Below, piece by piece: positions 14,936-28,835 of a stretch of DNA of 64,000 nt. The stretch is from Eledone cirrhosa (Eukaryota): assembly GCA_964016885.1 (NCBI GenBank), contig OZ024742.1, positions 353,648,001-353,712,000 of the forward strand, read 5' to 3'. The notes below the pieces were generated by a model that worked only from the letters and a program-made list of their open reading frames with translations, was not told the origin of the DNA and searched no databases. Every line of letters begins with the position of its first letter. The stretch's first letter is position 1. A program made the position numbers and the translations under genes.

Positions 14936-16039
14936 TTTAAAAGGTAGTATAATTAATTAAGTAATTTGGTTAATATATGAAACATGTCGATAAATCATTA
15001 GATTCCTTCACCTTTTTTCATTTTCTTTGGTTAAGTACTGAAGTATAAATTTTCTTCCTAAATATAAATATAATAAACTATTCTAGAAAAGTTTATCCTT
15101 TCAATATCTTGAATAACATATACGTAAGATAAATTTCTATACTAAATATATTAAACATCTTATTTTAGCTTAAAATAGTCTATAATATTTTAAAATATTT
15201 TAATATTTTGATATTTGTAGAATTCGTTTGTCTTTTAAGTTATATTGATATAATTATATTTCCAAAATATAATCCTCTTGTATTGTATATACTCAATTGT
15301 AATATGTAATATATTGATGTTTACTTCTCTCTATACGACTATGTATCTATATATGTGTATTAACATACATATACATGTGTTATATGCTTTTTTATGATTA
15401 TATGTCTGTCTCTATATATGCATGAGTGACGCGTCTCTACCAATTGGGTGAAGATGCACACACATATTTATATATGTATAGCTAAGAATTGTGTGTGTAC
15501 ATGTACATGCTTACCCATGCAGTTTTGATTGCAGATATGCATAATGTAACAGCCATAAATGCACGAAAGTTAATCCTATATATTTATTTATATATATATA
15601 CTAAGGATTTTTATTTAATAACTCCAGGAATGTATAGCAGTAATAAACAAATCACTTATGATTTGTATGTATATATTATATGCGGGAGTAGATATAATGT
15701 GTATTTTATGAGTGTGTGTGTATATATATATATTTCTGTATCTTTGCATATATGTACGTGCTATACGATAGAAATTTCTCTAGCAATATATATATTTTGT
15801 GATGTTTAAATTCCAATTTTTAATATATTGATCTCAATTATTAAACTAAATATCTAATCATAATTAAACAATGATTAATTTCTCATGTTATATATTCATA
15901 TTCCATTCAGGAATATTAATATTTCTAATTTTATTTATTCATTTCATCTTAATTGTTAACTCAACTTAATATGACATGACATAAGGTTTTGGTTCTCTCC
16001 CCCTCTCTCTATCTCTATATTTCTCTCTTTGAGTTTTTT

Positions 16040-16495
16040 CTCTCTGTCTGGTGGTTTGATATATCTCTGTTGTTTTCCTCTGTTTTCTTTTATTCTTTTT
16101 TTTCTTTTTATTTCTTTTTTTTCTTTTTTTTTCTTTTTTTCTTTTTTTTTCTTTTTTTTCTTTTTTCTTTTTTCTTTAATCTTTATTCTTTTTTTCTTTT
16201 TTCTTTTTTCTTTTTTCTTTTTACTTTTTTTCTTTTTTTGTTTTTTTGTTTTTTTGTTTTTTCTTTTTTCTTTTTTCTTTTTTCTTTTTTCTTTTTTCTT
16301 TTTTCTTTTTTCTGTTTTCTTTTTTCCTTTTTTTTTCTTTTTTCTTTTTTCTTGTTTTCTTTTTTTCTTTTTCTTTTTTTCTATTTTTCTTTTTTCTTTT
16401 TTTCTTTTTTTCTTTTTTTTTCTTTTTTTCTTTTTTTTTCTTTTTTTCTTTTTTTCTTTTTTTCTTTTTTTCTTTTTTCTTTCCTCTTTTTCTTT
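16040..16495. repeat. Long polypyrimidine low-complexity tract (T4-8C)n
   Basis: Directly visible. Gives spurious poly-F and poly-K ORFs. Confidence 0.95.
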
Positions 16496-16819
16496 ATTTA
16501 TCTCTCCGTTTCTCTCTCTCTCCATCTTTTTACTTATCCTTAACAACACACACAACAACCATAACACACACGGAGACAACAACAACACACATCAACAACA
16601 GCACACATCAACAACAACAACACACACACATTCAATGCCTCTCCCCACCACCACAATCTTAACAAAAGACACAGAAAACGAGTAATGACAGTAGCACAGA
16701 AATCACAGAAATAAGGGAAAGTAATAGGATTAAAAAGAGAAGGGAGACTAAGGACACAGAGAATAATCAAGACGAACACACAGACACACAAAATAGGGTA
16801 GATAACAACAATGAGCCAG

Positions 16820-17425
16820 TGGAAAGAGACAGGAGTAATTGTGAGAGACATAGAAACAACCATGAGGCTGATGGTGGAAATAGAAATAGAAACAACACAA
16901 CTAACAATAACAATAGCACTAGTACACATAAAGCAGCAGCCTGGAACTCTACGTTTTATAATCCCTCCGATAAATCATTCGACCTGCGACGGGTCCACGC
17001 CACGACTTTACCTTTTAACAAACGCACGCAATTGCCGTCGCAGGTCGATGAACAAACAGCAGCACACTTTAGTATAGCTAGATCCGAACTTAGAAATATT
17101 ATAAACAGTATAGAAAGAAGCATACTAGAATGGAGGCCCAGCAACTGGGAGAAAAATCTGCAAATGGCTTGCGTAAGCTCAGGCAGCGCTCACGTAATGG
17201 AGAGATAGCATGCTTTCCAACAGACAAGTCTGGCAGAATGTCGGTTGACAGCCTGCCAAACTACATCCAGGCAACACGACCCCACATCAGTAACAAAAGA
17301 GAGGTAACACCACAGGAGCATGAGGATAGAGAAAAGCCCTCAATGCCCATATGGTGATGGGGACGAATATAATGCAGCGCAACAAAAGGTCTGCCAACAA
17401 CTTCCAGGCGTAGAACAATGACGTA
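16820..17425 (+). mobile_element. N-terminal fragment of a PLE ORF, probably family B-like
   Basis: FDLRRVHATTLPFNKRTQLP and FPTDKSGRMSVDS, a variant of the PLE DKG motif. Confidence 0.6.
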
Positions 17426-17426
17426 A

Positions 17427-18772
17427 TCTCTCTAATTGCAACTGCCCTATTAAAAATAAATGTCCTCTCAACAACCATTGTCTTGATAAAAACTTAATTT
17501 ATGAATGTAAAGTTATAACTAGCACCAATTCCTTCACCTATTTTGGCTCCACTTCCACCTCTTTTAAAGCTCGTCTCTATAATCATCATTCATATTTTAA
17601 ATACAAACTTAAACGAACCAACACGGCTCTCTCAGAACTCATATGGTCCTTGAAAGACAAAAACATTAAATATACCATCTTTTGGAAGAAGGTTTCTTCT
17701 GCGTCCTCATACTTGAACAGCTCTCTATCTAAAATCTGTAATCTCTGCCTAAACGAAAAATTTACCATTATCTCTAATCTAGATTCTATAATAAGTAGAC
17801 GTACAGATTTGTTTTCTATCTGCTTGCATAAATTCCATAAGACATTTCACAAAGTATACAGCTAATATTCAATTCTTTATCAATTTAGAATCTTTTCTCA
17901 AAGGCACATATACATACACCTCTTTTAAAATATACCCATCTTCCTACCTTACTTCAAAGGGTATTATACACTCTATAATACTTGTTTACTCATTACCCTC
18001 ACTCTATCTTCACCTTGTAAAATCCTTCGTAACATATACATTTGTTTTGACGCCAGATTATTCATCCTTAATTTATTATTTTTTCTCCCCATCATCTAAC
18101 TCATTCTTAATACATATTAACTCTTTGTTCGCACATATTATGAATTCCTTCATTATACAAACCTTAACTTCACATTATTTTTCTCAAATCCTTCAATACA
18201 CAAACCTTAATAATTTTTTCTCTTCGTTAATTTTCAAATTTCCATAAAACTTGTAAACATACACACATTTTTTTGACGTTAGAATATTCATCCGCAATCC
18301 ATTATTCTTTTCTCTCTATCATCAAACTTTTTAATCTCAATACATATTAACTCCCTCTCCTTCTTCGTACATATTTTTCCCTTCGTTAATTTTCAAATTC
18401 TTTTAATTTATACGTTATCTTCCAACGGTTTTCAACCTCTCTATGTAAAACAATATATCTTTTCTCAGTTATCTCTTTCTCTCTATCACCCATCTCTCCC
18501 TCTCCACCTTCACTCTCATCTCCTCCCCTTTTTTTCATCCTTTCCACCCCCCACTCTAAATAAAATATTTTTCCCAATATCACACATCAATCTAAAATTA
18601 CTTGTTATATGTCGATTTAAAACTGCACTATCCACAAGTGTTTTTTAGCCTTTATATCATGTCCTCCTGTTTTATCTGATGAAAACACAACTATTATTGC
18701 ATGATGATGTTTGTTTTTGAAATGCGCATAATAAAATACATGGAACTCCTTTAACCATCTTTTGATCTTATA
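17427..18772 (+). mobile_element. Naiad-type family C, GIY-YIG end plus pLTR (short copy)
   Basis: Near-identical to 57093-58635. CNC..CPL..CL, YFGST..FKARL..H, CNLCLNE. Confidence 0.9.
18670..18736 (+). ncRNA. Hammerhead (family C). Second copy at 58533-58598
   Basis: ttttat CTGATGA aaaca..tgtttt GAAA tgcgca TA ataaaa. Stem III is the palindrome ATGCGCAT. Confidence 0.85.
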
Positions 18773-18784
18773 TATATATATACG

Positions 18785-18872
18785 TACAGCGATAATGAGG
18801 GACAGAGACCGCTGGAGAGAACTCGTCCATGGATCTCGGGAATTTTACCCGCCTTAGATAGATAGATAGATA
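18785..18872 (+). mobile_element. 3' tip of an RTE-type LINE
   Basis: IMRDRDRWRELVHGSREFYPP-stop followed by a (ATAG)n tail. Confidence 0.5.
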
Positions 18873-20601
18873 TATACGTACATACACACACATACACACA
18901 CACATATACACTCAGACACACACCGAAATATACATTAATCCACACAGGAGTCAAGTGTACGTAAACTCGTGGCAGAAAATATGGAGTGTTCGTGCGCTCA
19001 TCCTGGACACCCGCACTGGCCCCACGCGCTCATGGACGCGTCGTACGTGTTGTAAGTACATTCGGCCGCATTAACCCATGTACATACCACACACCTGCTT
19101 GGGTCCCCGCATGTGTACACACCGATGAGATGAGGGTGTTCAGACTCTGGACACCCTTACTATAATAAGGCTGTACAAGGGTGCATTCACGCACGTATGG
19201 ACCCACATACATACACACTCACGTACTCCTCACACGCCTATATACACATCCGTACCTAAACATATAACTATTAATGCGTGTACACACGCGTGTGTGTACA
19301 TGGCGTATGTGCAGATGCACGCGCATCAACGTTGCATGTAGATATCATGTGGGGATAAAACTTGGTTCAAAGGATATAAGAAGTGATGTTCAATAATGGT
19401 GGTGAAATTATTGATACAAAATGGGGTGTTATAAACAGTTGTGGTGAAGTGAATGGTGCTAGTGGTACGTGTGTGTCTCAATAGAATGTGCTATGTGTTG
19501 GTGAATGTGATCGTGGTGGACGGATCGTGATGTGTTTGAGGTGGAGGTATGGTAATGAATGCGGGTTAGTAATGTATATATATATTCATTCACATTATCT
19601 AGAGATTGAATATATGAATATATGAATAAAACAATTGCCAAGCAAATCGTTATGTGAACCTCTCCGCACTAACTTCGTCTCAACGAAGTTTAACAGCCAT
19701 AATTCGAAAGGACATTCTCGAGTAATTGACCGCAACAAGACTAGTTACTATGAAAGTGTATTTAACTGGAATGTGGCTGAAGCAATCATAAAATCTTTAT
19801 GCCATGCAGGTTTGCTCTGAAATGGCTTGAAATCTAGCATCAATCTCGGAAACTTTCAACGCACACTTGAAACTCTAACCTTTATCAACCCTGCCTTTAA
19901 CTTGATCTGAAAATGTTAAAAACTGAAAGCATCGCAGAGGTTGCTTTGCTGCTATTTGTTTTGACACTAACTCCATATCAGGAATCTTCAGTATGAACCA
20001 GAAATACGATCAATACGCTTCTAAAATACTTTTCTATAATGATAAAATATCTTCAAATGTTGTCAAATCTTTTCCTTCTTTTCTACTATTTATTTACATT
20101 AGTTTTAGTGTAGCAAGTTTTCTGTTTCGATTGAGGAACTATTATTGCACACGTGTGTATATGTATATGAATATATATGTGTATGTGTATGACTAGGTTT
20201 GTATGTTTTTCGATAAATATTCATGACTATATGTCCTTAGCTCCATGGCTATGAGGATATTTCATTCGGAAGAACACTATATGTCAGAAGAATTAATAAA
20301 TGTATTCCTATTATATATTTCTTCCATCTTGTGACGGTTGCTACTTGCTATTGAAATAAGTAGTGTGAATCTTTTAGTATAACAAGAGCTTTGATTTATT
20401 GCAAGAGTTTTCACTCTATAATACAACATTGTTTATTTCATCTTAGCTATCATACTTTTTTTTCTCAGTTCACTAGATTGTTTTCGTTTAGCTTTGAAAT
20501 AAAATATCTTATTTCGTTATATGCAGAGATTGCAAGTGGTATTAAAAAATTACTCACATATTTGTATACACAAACACACACACACATACTCAAATACACA
20601 C

Positions 20602-20747
<146 letters not shown>

Positions 20748-20756
20748 ATGTATATA

Positions 20757-21233
<477 letters not shown>

Positions 21234-21276
21234 GAGATATATACATATACATATATATATATAGATAGATATATAT

Positions 21277-21688
21277 TGGTAAACGGAATAGGAAATGCTG
21301 ACAAATTGTTCACATTTGAAAAATGGTTTAATTAGGAATAAAAGAGTATTAGTGATTGTATGGGTTAGTATTCAGTTGTGGTTTTAAGTTTTTTAAGTTT
21401 TTACCGGTTGCGCATTTCTAAATGCTTTTCAAAAATAATTTTGAGATAGAGTTTCTGTGCTGCAAACAGCACGGACACTCTATCTCAAAATTATTTTTTG
21501 AAAAGCATTTAGAAATGCGCAACCGGTAAAAACTTAAAAACTTAAAACCACAGCTGAATACTAACCCATACAATCACTAATACTCTTTTATTCCTAATTA
21601 AACCATTTTTCAACTGTGAACAATTTGTCAGCATTTTCTATTCCGTTTACCAATATATAATAACTTGTGTGTTACACCTCTATTCTTT

Positions 21689-21693
<5 letters not shown>
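21277..21693 (+). mobile_element. Solo family F pLTR fold-back with an HHR on both strands
   Basis: 21277-21461 is the inverse of about 21467-21651. HHRs at 21494-21532 (+) and about 21398-21434 (-). Confidence 0.9.
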
Positions 21694-21764
<71 letters not shown>

Positions 21765-21970
21765 CATATATATATAATATATATATATATATAGTAATAA
21801 TAATAAATTTGAAGACTAAAATCCAAAGAAGGCTCGATAAGGATAAATATATGTCAAATATATAAGAACCGTAGAGCAAATATTTATTAAAATAACAGAT
21901 TAAAGTTTAAGCAAAGAATCGCTGCTTTCACCCTTAACAGGATGTTCTGAAACGAACCTATATATATATA

Positions 21971-22328
21971 TTAGAAAGTGACGTTTTTTTTTACAAAATG
22001 AAAAATAACCGAGGTGTCCTACACGAGTGAAAGTATAAAGAAAAACGGATGAAATCGAAAATGCAACTGGAGTCTTATTTTTAAAAAAATATATATATTT
22101 ATTTGATTCCTTTGCCGGTTTCGCAGTTCTTCTGCTTTTCAGAAGTAGAGTTGAGATGGAGGCTATGTGGTTTTTCTCACATCTGCGGAAAACCACAGAC
22201 CCTCCATCTCAACTCTACTTTTGAAAAGTAGAAGAACTGCGAAACCGGTAAAGGAACCAAATAAATATATATATATTTTTTTTAAATAAGACTCCAGGTG
22301 CATTTTCGATTTCATCTTTTTTCCTTTA
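21971..22328. mobile_element. Family G pLTR fold-back. Second copy at 42751-43113
   Basis: Inverted arms around about 22180, TA-flanked, with an HHR in each arm. Confidence 0.85.
22218..22253 (+). ncRNA. Minimal hammerhead with U3-A8 core (family G)
   Basis: ctt TTGAAAA gtag-aagaa-ctgc GAAA ccgg TA aag. Confidence 0.8.
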
Positions 22329-22345
22329 TATATATATATATATAT

Positions 22346-22600
22346 GGTGGCTGCCAACACGTTTTCGAGTACGGCCACTACTTTATATCCATGAAGGAGA
22401 ACCCTACCGATGCGTTGAACAAGTGTGACTATTTAGTCTAGCCAGTGACTTGAAAACTCTGGTACAAACACCACACTTGTGACAATTATTGACACATAGT
22501 GCTGGGTCCATGGAACCATGTGACGACAAGTGCAGAGAGATCTCCAGATATAAAGTAATGCCTGTGCCCTGAAGCTTTAATAGTGAGCAAAGGCACTGCA
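22346..22600 (-). mobile_element. RTE-like LINE 3' end with C-terminal zinc finger
   Basis: CHKCGVCTRVFKSLARLNSHTCSTHR-stop, then the shared tail. A shorter copy lies at 22832-22918. Confidence 0.55.
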
Positions 22601-22914
22601 CACAGCCAGTCCCACTCTCTTAACCAAGATGATATTTACCAAAAAGAAGAACAGGTCAACATATTGGATACCAGCAGGGTTGCAGGTGTTATATCAGAGT
22701 TTTCCTTCTCCTAGAAATCTGCCTTGACAAAGGCTAAGGGGTCATCTCTCCCGGTCATTTTGGATGACCATTGACTCTTAAGAGCTCCTTTGCCCTTTGA
22801 TATATATATACATACATACAATATATATACATGGTGGCTGCCACCTCATTTACGAGTACGGCCACTACTTTATATCCATGTAGGAGTACCCCTACTGATG
22901 CGCTCAACGAGTGT

Positions 22915-22958
<44 letters not shown>

Positions 22959-23079
22959 CACAGGAATGATGGTAAGGAACCAGATGGACCATAACGCACC
23001 AGAGTACTCAATACTTAGGGTAGTAGAGTGGCAAATATGACACCGACGGCAGAGCTCAAGCCGTTTCGATGGCTATTTC

Positions 23080-23610
<531 letters not shown>

Positions 23611-23611
23611 A

Positions 23612-24137
23612 TAATTGGATAAATGAGAGGGATGAACCCAGATGTAAGTATATATGTGTTCCAATTGCAAATGACCAAGTTAGCTAGGTTGAAAAGATAC
23701 TTATTTAAAATAATATGGTTTGCCTGACTCGATTTAAAGTAATAAATCAATAAAAATAACAAACCTATATCGGGCAGAAGAATTATTAAGTGAAAGCCAG
23801 AATTCCTGTGCCCATCTGCGTGTATCCTGAAAAATTCGTACCATTCACTTCAAAGGATCTAAGAGGACTGGATGAAGTGCTGATACAAACGTACCTGTCG
23901 CGATAGGATTGTTATTTTTATTGATATATTACTTTAAATCGACTCAGGCAAAGCATATTGCTTTAAATTAGTATGTTTTCAACCTAGCTAACTTGGTCAT
24001 TTGCAACTGGAATACATGTATACTTATATGTGTGTTCATCCCTCTCATTTAACCAATTATATTACACGGTTTAGAAAGATTCCCTTCTTTGAGCTACTTA
24101 ATTGTAAAATACTATTTTGAGTTTATAATTCAATCTA

Positions 24138-24140
<3 letters not shown>
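23612..24140. mobile_element. Family J pLTR fold-back with diverged arms
   Basis: 23612-23770 is the inverse of about 23903-24060. Confidence 0.75.
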
Positions 24141-24202
<62 letters not shown>

Positions 24203-24219
24203 AATTCATATATCTATGC

Positions 24220-24259
<40 letters not shown>

Positions 24260-24791
24260 TTTTACTGTTCCTGATGTTGCACAATCATCTAATCGAACTA
24301 TAAGACAACCAATAAAAGTCATTACTAGAACAGCAGGGGAAATACATTTGCTGACCATGTATAATAAGTTTAATAAAATTCACGTCCAGTGAAGGGAACT
24401 TGGAATCATAAGTGGGTCTGCATTCACATCAAAGCATACATCTATTACTGGCATTTATACCTAAGGCTAATACATGAAATAATACACCTAAGGCCACATA
24501 TTTATATTAGATTCTAATAGGAAACATTTCAATCTTGACAATATCTGCATGGCTAGCTGGTGAGACTGAATCTAATAAACAATTACCTGTAGTATTGCTG
24601 GGTGCGAATCGCAAACTATTGGAATGCAATGAATCGTATTCAAAGAAACACGATCCAACTTTAAGTTGCAACACTCGCAAATGATCCGTCATGATCTCAA
24701 ACAGAGTGGTATTACATAAACTTGTTCGCCCTCTAGTCAACCCTCTCTCACTCTCCCTCTATTTCTTTCTCCCTCTCTCTCTCTCTCTCTC

Positions 24792-24844
<53 letters not shown>

Positions 24845-24847
<3 letters not shown>

Positions 24848-25355
24848 GTTTTAATATAGAAGAGATTCTACAGGACTAGAACTGTTTCATTCATTAGAAA
24901 TCATCAGGAATCTGGGTATCAAAAAATAAATATGGTATTTATAGGTCTCTACAAGTGGTAGGAGAGGGTGGGGAGTGGGATGGGTGCAGGTCATTGGTTG
25001 ATAGAGAAGGGAATTCATTAAAGGCTAATTCTACATAGCTATAGTTAATTTATATTTATTTACTCTAAAAACATAAATAAATATAAATTAACTATAGCTA
25101 TGTAGAATTAGCCTTTAATGAATTCCCTTCTCTATCAACCAATGACCTGCACCCATCCCACTCCCCACCCTCTCCTACCACTTGTAGAGACCTATAAATA
25201 CCATATTTATTTTTTGATACCCAGATTCCTGATGATTTCTAATGAATGAAACAGTTCTAGTCCTGTAGAATCTCTTCTATATTAAAACTATTATACTCTG
25301 CTATGTATTGAGTACCTTACTTACTGTGGTTACCTCCGATTCAACCCGGAATAAC

Positions 25356-25356
<1 letters not shown>
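24845..25356 (+). mobile_element. ORF-less pLTR fold-back with about 218-bp arms
   Basis: 24845-25062 is the inverse of 25074-25291 with an 11-nt loop. A 65-nt unique terminus follows, then TA. Confidence 0.9.
25223..25273 (+). ncRNA. Canonical type I hammerhead. Antisense copy at 24863-24913 (-)
   Basis: agattc CTGATGA tttc-taat-gaat GAAA cag-ttctagtc-ctg TA gaatct. Confidence 0.9.
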
Positions 25357-25417
<61 letters not shown>

Positions 25418-25425
25418 GTGTGTGT

Positions 25426-25628
25426 GTGAATGCACGTCGTTGAGTCGTTAGAGAATTGGATTCCTAATCGTGAGGTTTTGCGTTTGGTTGTGCATTATTT
25501 CCTTGATAACCTTATTTCACGGTGCTCCCTCTACCCGGAGTAGCTACCGATAGATAGTATTAGCAATTGGAAAGACCAATGGAAACTTAGATTCCTCGGT
25601 CCGATTTGAAGAAAGTCGATCGTCTGTC
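25426..25628 (+). mobile_element. Degenerate tRNA-derived SINE
   Basis: Homologous, on the opposite strand, to the SINE at 32432-32649 (ggaaagaccaatggaaac..cctcggtccgatttga). Confidence 0.7.
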
Positions 25629-25632
25629 GATA

Positions 25633-25713
<81 letters not shown>

Positions 25714-25715
<2 letters not shown>

Positions 25716-26232
25716 GTATGGGTTATATCGAACATTAGAAATAACATTCAATAGGCTTGTAAACAAACGGCCCGATAAAGCTCTACCATACCGTTGACCA
25801 ATCGTTATCGGTTTGTTCATCGAAGAACAATCAATATGTTTGTGGGTCATTAACCTATATCGGGAGTGTGTACGTCTCTGCAAATCAGTTGCATATATGT
25901 GTGCACGTATGTATACTTACATTTATGTATCAGCTGTGCTAGGGTGAGAAATAAAATTATAAATTTATTTTCAATGGTTGTCAAGGCCAGCCATAACTCG
26001 GTCGGTATGCAACTGAGGCTAATCAGCCGATCTATACTTCAGAAAATAGTATATATTTCAACCTTTCAGCAGATTTCCTATGGCATACAGTCTTGATGAA
26101 GTGTAATGACCCAGAAACATGCTAATAATTCAACGGATGATCATTGATTATCTGTACGTCACAGCCTTATCTGGCCGTTTGTTTACAGACGAATCGAATA
26201 TTGCTATTAATGTTCCATATAACCCACACGTA
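25714..26232. repeat. TA-flanked element with diverged terminal inverted arms (old fold-back pLTR or MITE)
   Basis: gggttatat..gtaaacaaacggcc..gggtcatta on the left is the inverse of taatgaccc..ggccgtttgtttac..atataaccc on the right. Confidence 0.6.
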
Positions 26233-26288
26233 CATATGTATGTGTGTATATGTATGTGTATATCTATCTATCTATCTATCTATCTATA

Positions 26289-26357
<69 letters not shown>

Positions 26358-27049
26358 TTCGATTTTGAAATTGTTTTACAAGATTTCTCATCTGAAAACG
26401 TGAGTTATACTTTGGGATGGTAATGCTTCGATTAACAACATACGCAAACCTGATGGTTCTCACTTACATTTTCCTAATTAGTATAACATACCCATTTCAA
26501 ATATCCCCCTGTATTAATAGGAAATGCATAGCCTGCAAGCTAAGTCAGCAAACTAACTGTAAAACTAGGAATTTAGTATATAGCATGAGATATTCCGAGG
26601 AACAGTTTAGGAATAATAACATAACATACACAGGTGAAACCGCCCGTAAAATAGGAGAAAGAATGGGAAAAACACATCAGTACTCCACCAACACACACAC
26701 TGAAAAGATGCAATGCTCAGACAAATCACAGAAGCAACAAATATAAACAAACTCCAAGCAAAATTAAACAGAAATCATGACTGAAATAGCAACATCACAA
26801 CTAGTAATTAAGGATAAAATGAAGACATACAGACACACACAAACAAGATGGTATAAGACAGAACAAAGGAGATACTCAAAATAAAAACCTAGTCACTCAA
26901 GAGATCACAGAATGTGTGACGAAAGAGCTTTGACAATATACACATAACCATCCGGTTATCGAACCAGTCAACCGATTGGGAATTTATAATACATTGAAGT
27001 TGAACCCACCGGTGAGTGTTATTGTTTTGGCAGCCTGACCCTCCCCAAG

Positions 27050-27053
<4 letters not shown>
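26358..27053 (+). mobile_element. Family B-like PLE remnant (GIY-YIG plus pLTR with degenerate HHR at 26892-26934)
   Basis: CIACKL..NCKTRNLVYSM..YTGETAR. gtca CTCAAGA gatcac..gtgac GAAA gagc TT tgac. Terminus tgaccctccccaagtata. Confidence 0.75.
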
Positions 27054-27130
<77 letters not shown>

Positions 27131-27134
<4 letters not shown>

Positions 27135-28395
27135 TAGTATATCTACCAACATATATATGCAGATGCATAACTATGTTAGCAAATATATAGGTTTTGCCTT
27201 AGTAACTTTGTGTTTCAATGCAAGGGGATGCAGAACAATTATATAAAAGACGTAAAATAGGAAAATTATAAAAATTAACTTATTTACTAAAATTTCACTC
27301 CAACTAATTAATTTCTGAAAGGGAATAAACATGGTTGCCGATGGAACGCATTGAAAAAGCCTTTCGTCATCAGGAAGTCTATTCTCAGCTAAGTTCCCAG
27401 GCGATGCGTGGACACAGGGAACTTATACAAAAATAATTCAGTGGATGCAAAAAAGCAAGCGTGGACTAAATTCCAAGAGATTGAAAACATCACTGCCTAC
27501 TTAGTCGGTGGCAAATTCAAAAGAAGCAATCACGTGACATCGAGGTTAATCAGTGAGGAGTGGGCTGTTAAGAAGACAGTAGCCGAACTATTACTATGAA
27601 CTATAGTAGCAGTTTTGTCCAATTTTTGCTCAAGAAAATAATTTTGTGATAATTATAAAGAATTAGTATATCTACCAACATATATATATATACAGATGCA
27701 TACCTATGCTAGAAAATATATAGGTTTTGTCTTAGTAAATTTGTGGTTCAATGCAAGAGGATGCAGAACAATCATATGAAAGAGGTAAAATAAGAAAATT
27801 ATAAAAATTAACTTATTTACTAAAAGTTCACTCCAACTAATTAGTTTCTGAAATGGAATAAACATGGTTTCCGAATGGAACGCATGGAGAAAGCCTTTCG
27901 TCATCAGTAGGCAGTGATGTTTTCAATGTCTTGGAATTTAATCCACGCTTGCTTTTTTGCATCCACTGAATTATTTTTTATATAAGTTCCGTGTGTCCAC
28001 GCATCGCGTGGGACTTAGCTGAGAATAAACTTCCTGATGACGAAAGGCTTTCTCCATGCGTTCCATACGGAAACCATGTTTATTCCCTTTCAGAAACTAA
28101 TTAGTTGGAGTGAAATTTTAGTAAGTTAATTTTTATAATTTTCTTATTTTACGTCTTTCATATATATATATATATACATACATATATATAGGAACCAGTA
28201 AGACCCCGGCAGCTGAGCTCAAGCCGTTTCGACGGCTAATTCTGGACTAGTGATAATTATAAAGAATTAGTATATCTACCAACATATATATATATACAGA
28301 TGCATACCTATGCTAGAAAATATATAGGTTTTGTCTTAGTAAATTTGTGGTTCAATGCAAGAGGATGCAGAACAATCATATGAAAGAGGTAAAAT
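27131..28395. mobile_element. ORF-less pLTR cluster: two tandem copies, an inverted copy and a partial third copy
   Basis: 27131-27372 matches 27660-27907. 27908-28160 is inverted. 28250-28395 is partial. HHR-like core CTGATGA cgaa..ttcg GAAA, with stem I unresolved. Confidence 0.8.

Positions 28396-28835
<440 letters not shown>

Noticed and set aside
15956-16685. Poly-Lys and poly-Phe ORFs of about 200 aa
   Set aside because: Artefact of a low-complexity T/C tract.
19640-20110. Possible decayed GIY-YIG or PLE tail
   Set aside because: No diagnostic motif recoverable.
26090-26125. HHR-like TTGATGA..GAAACATG
   Set aside because: Stems I and II do not pair convincingly.
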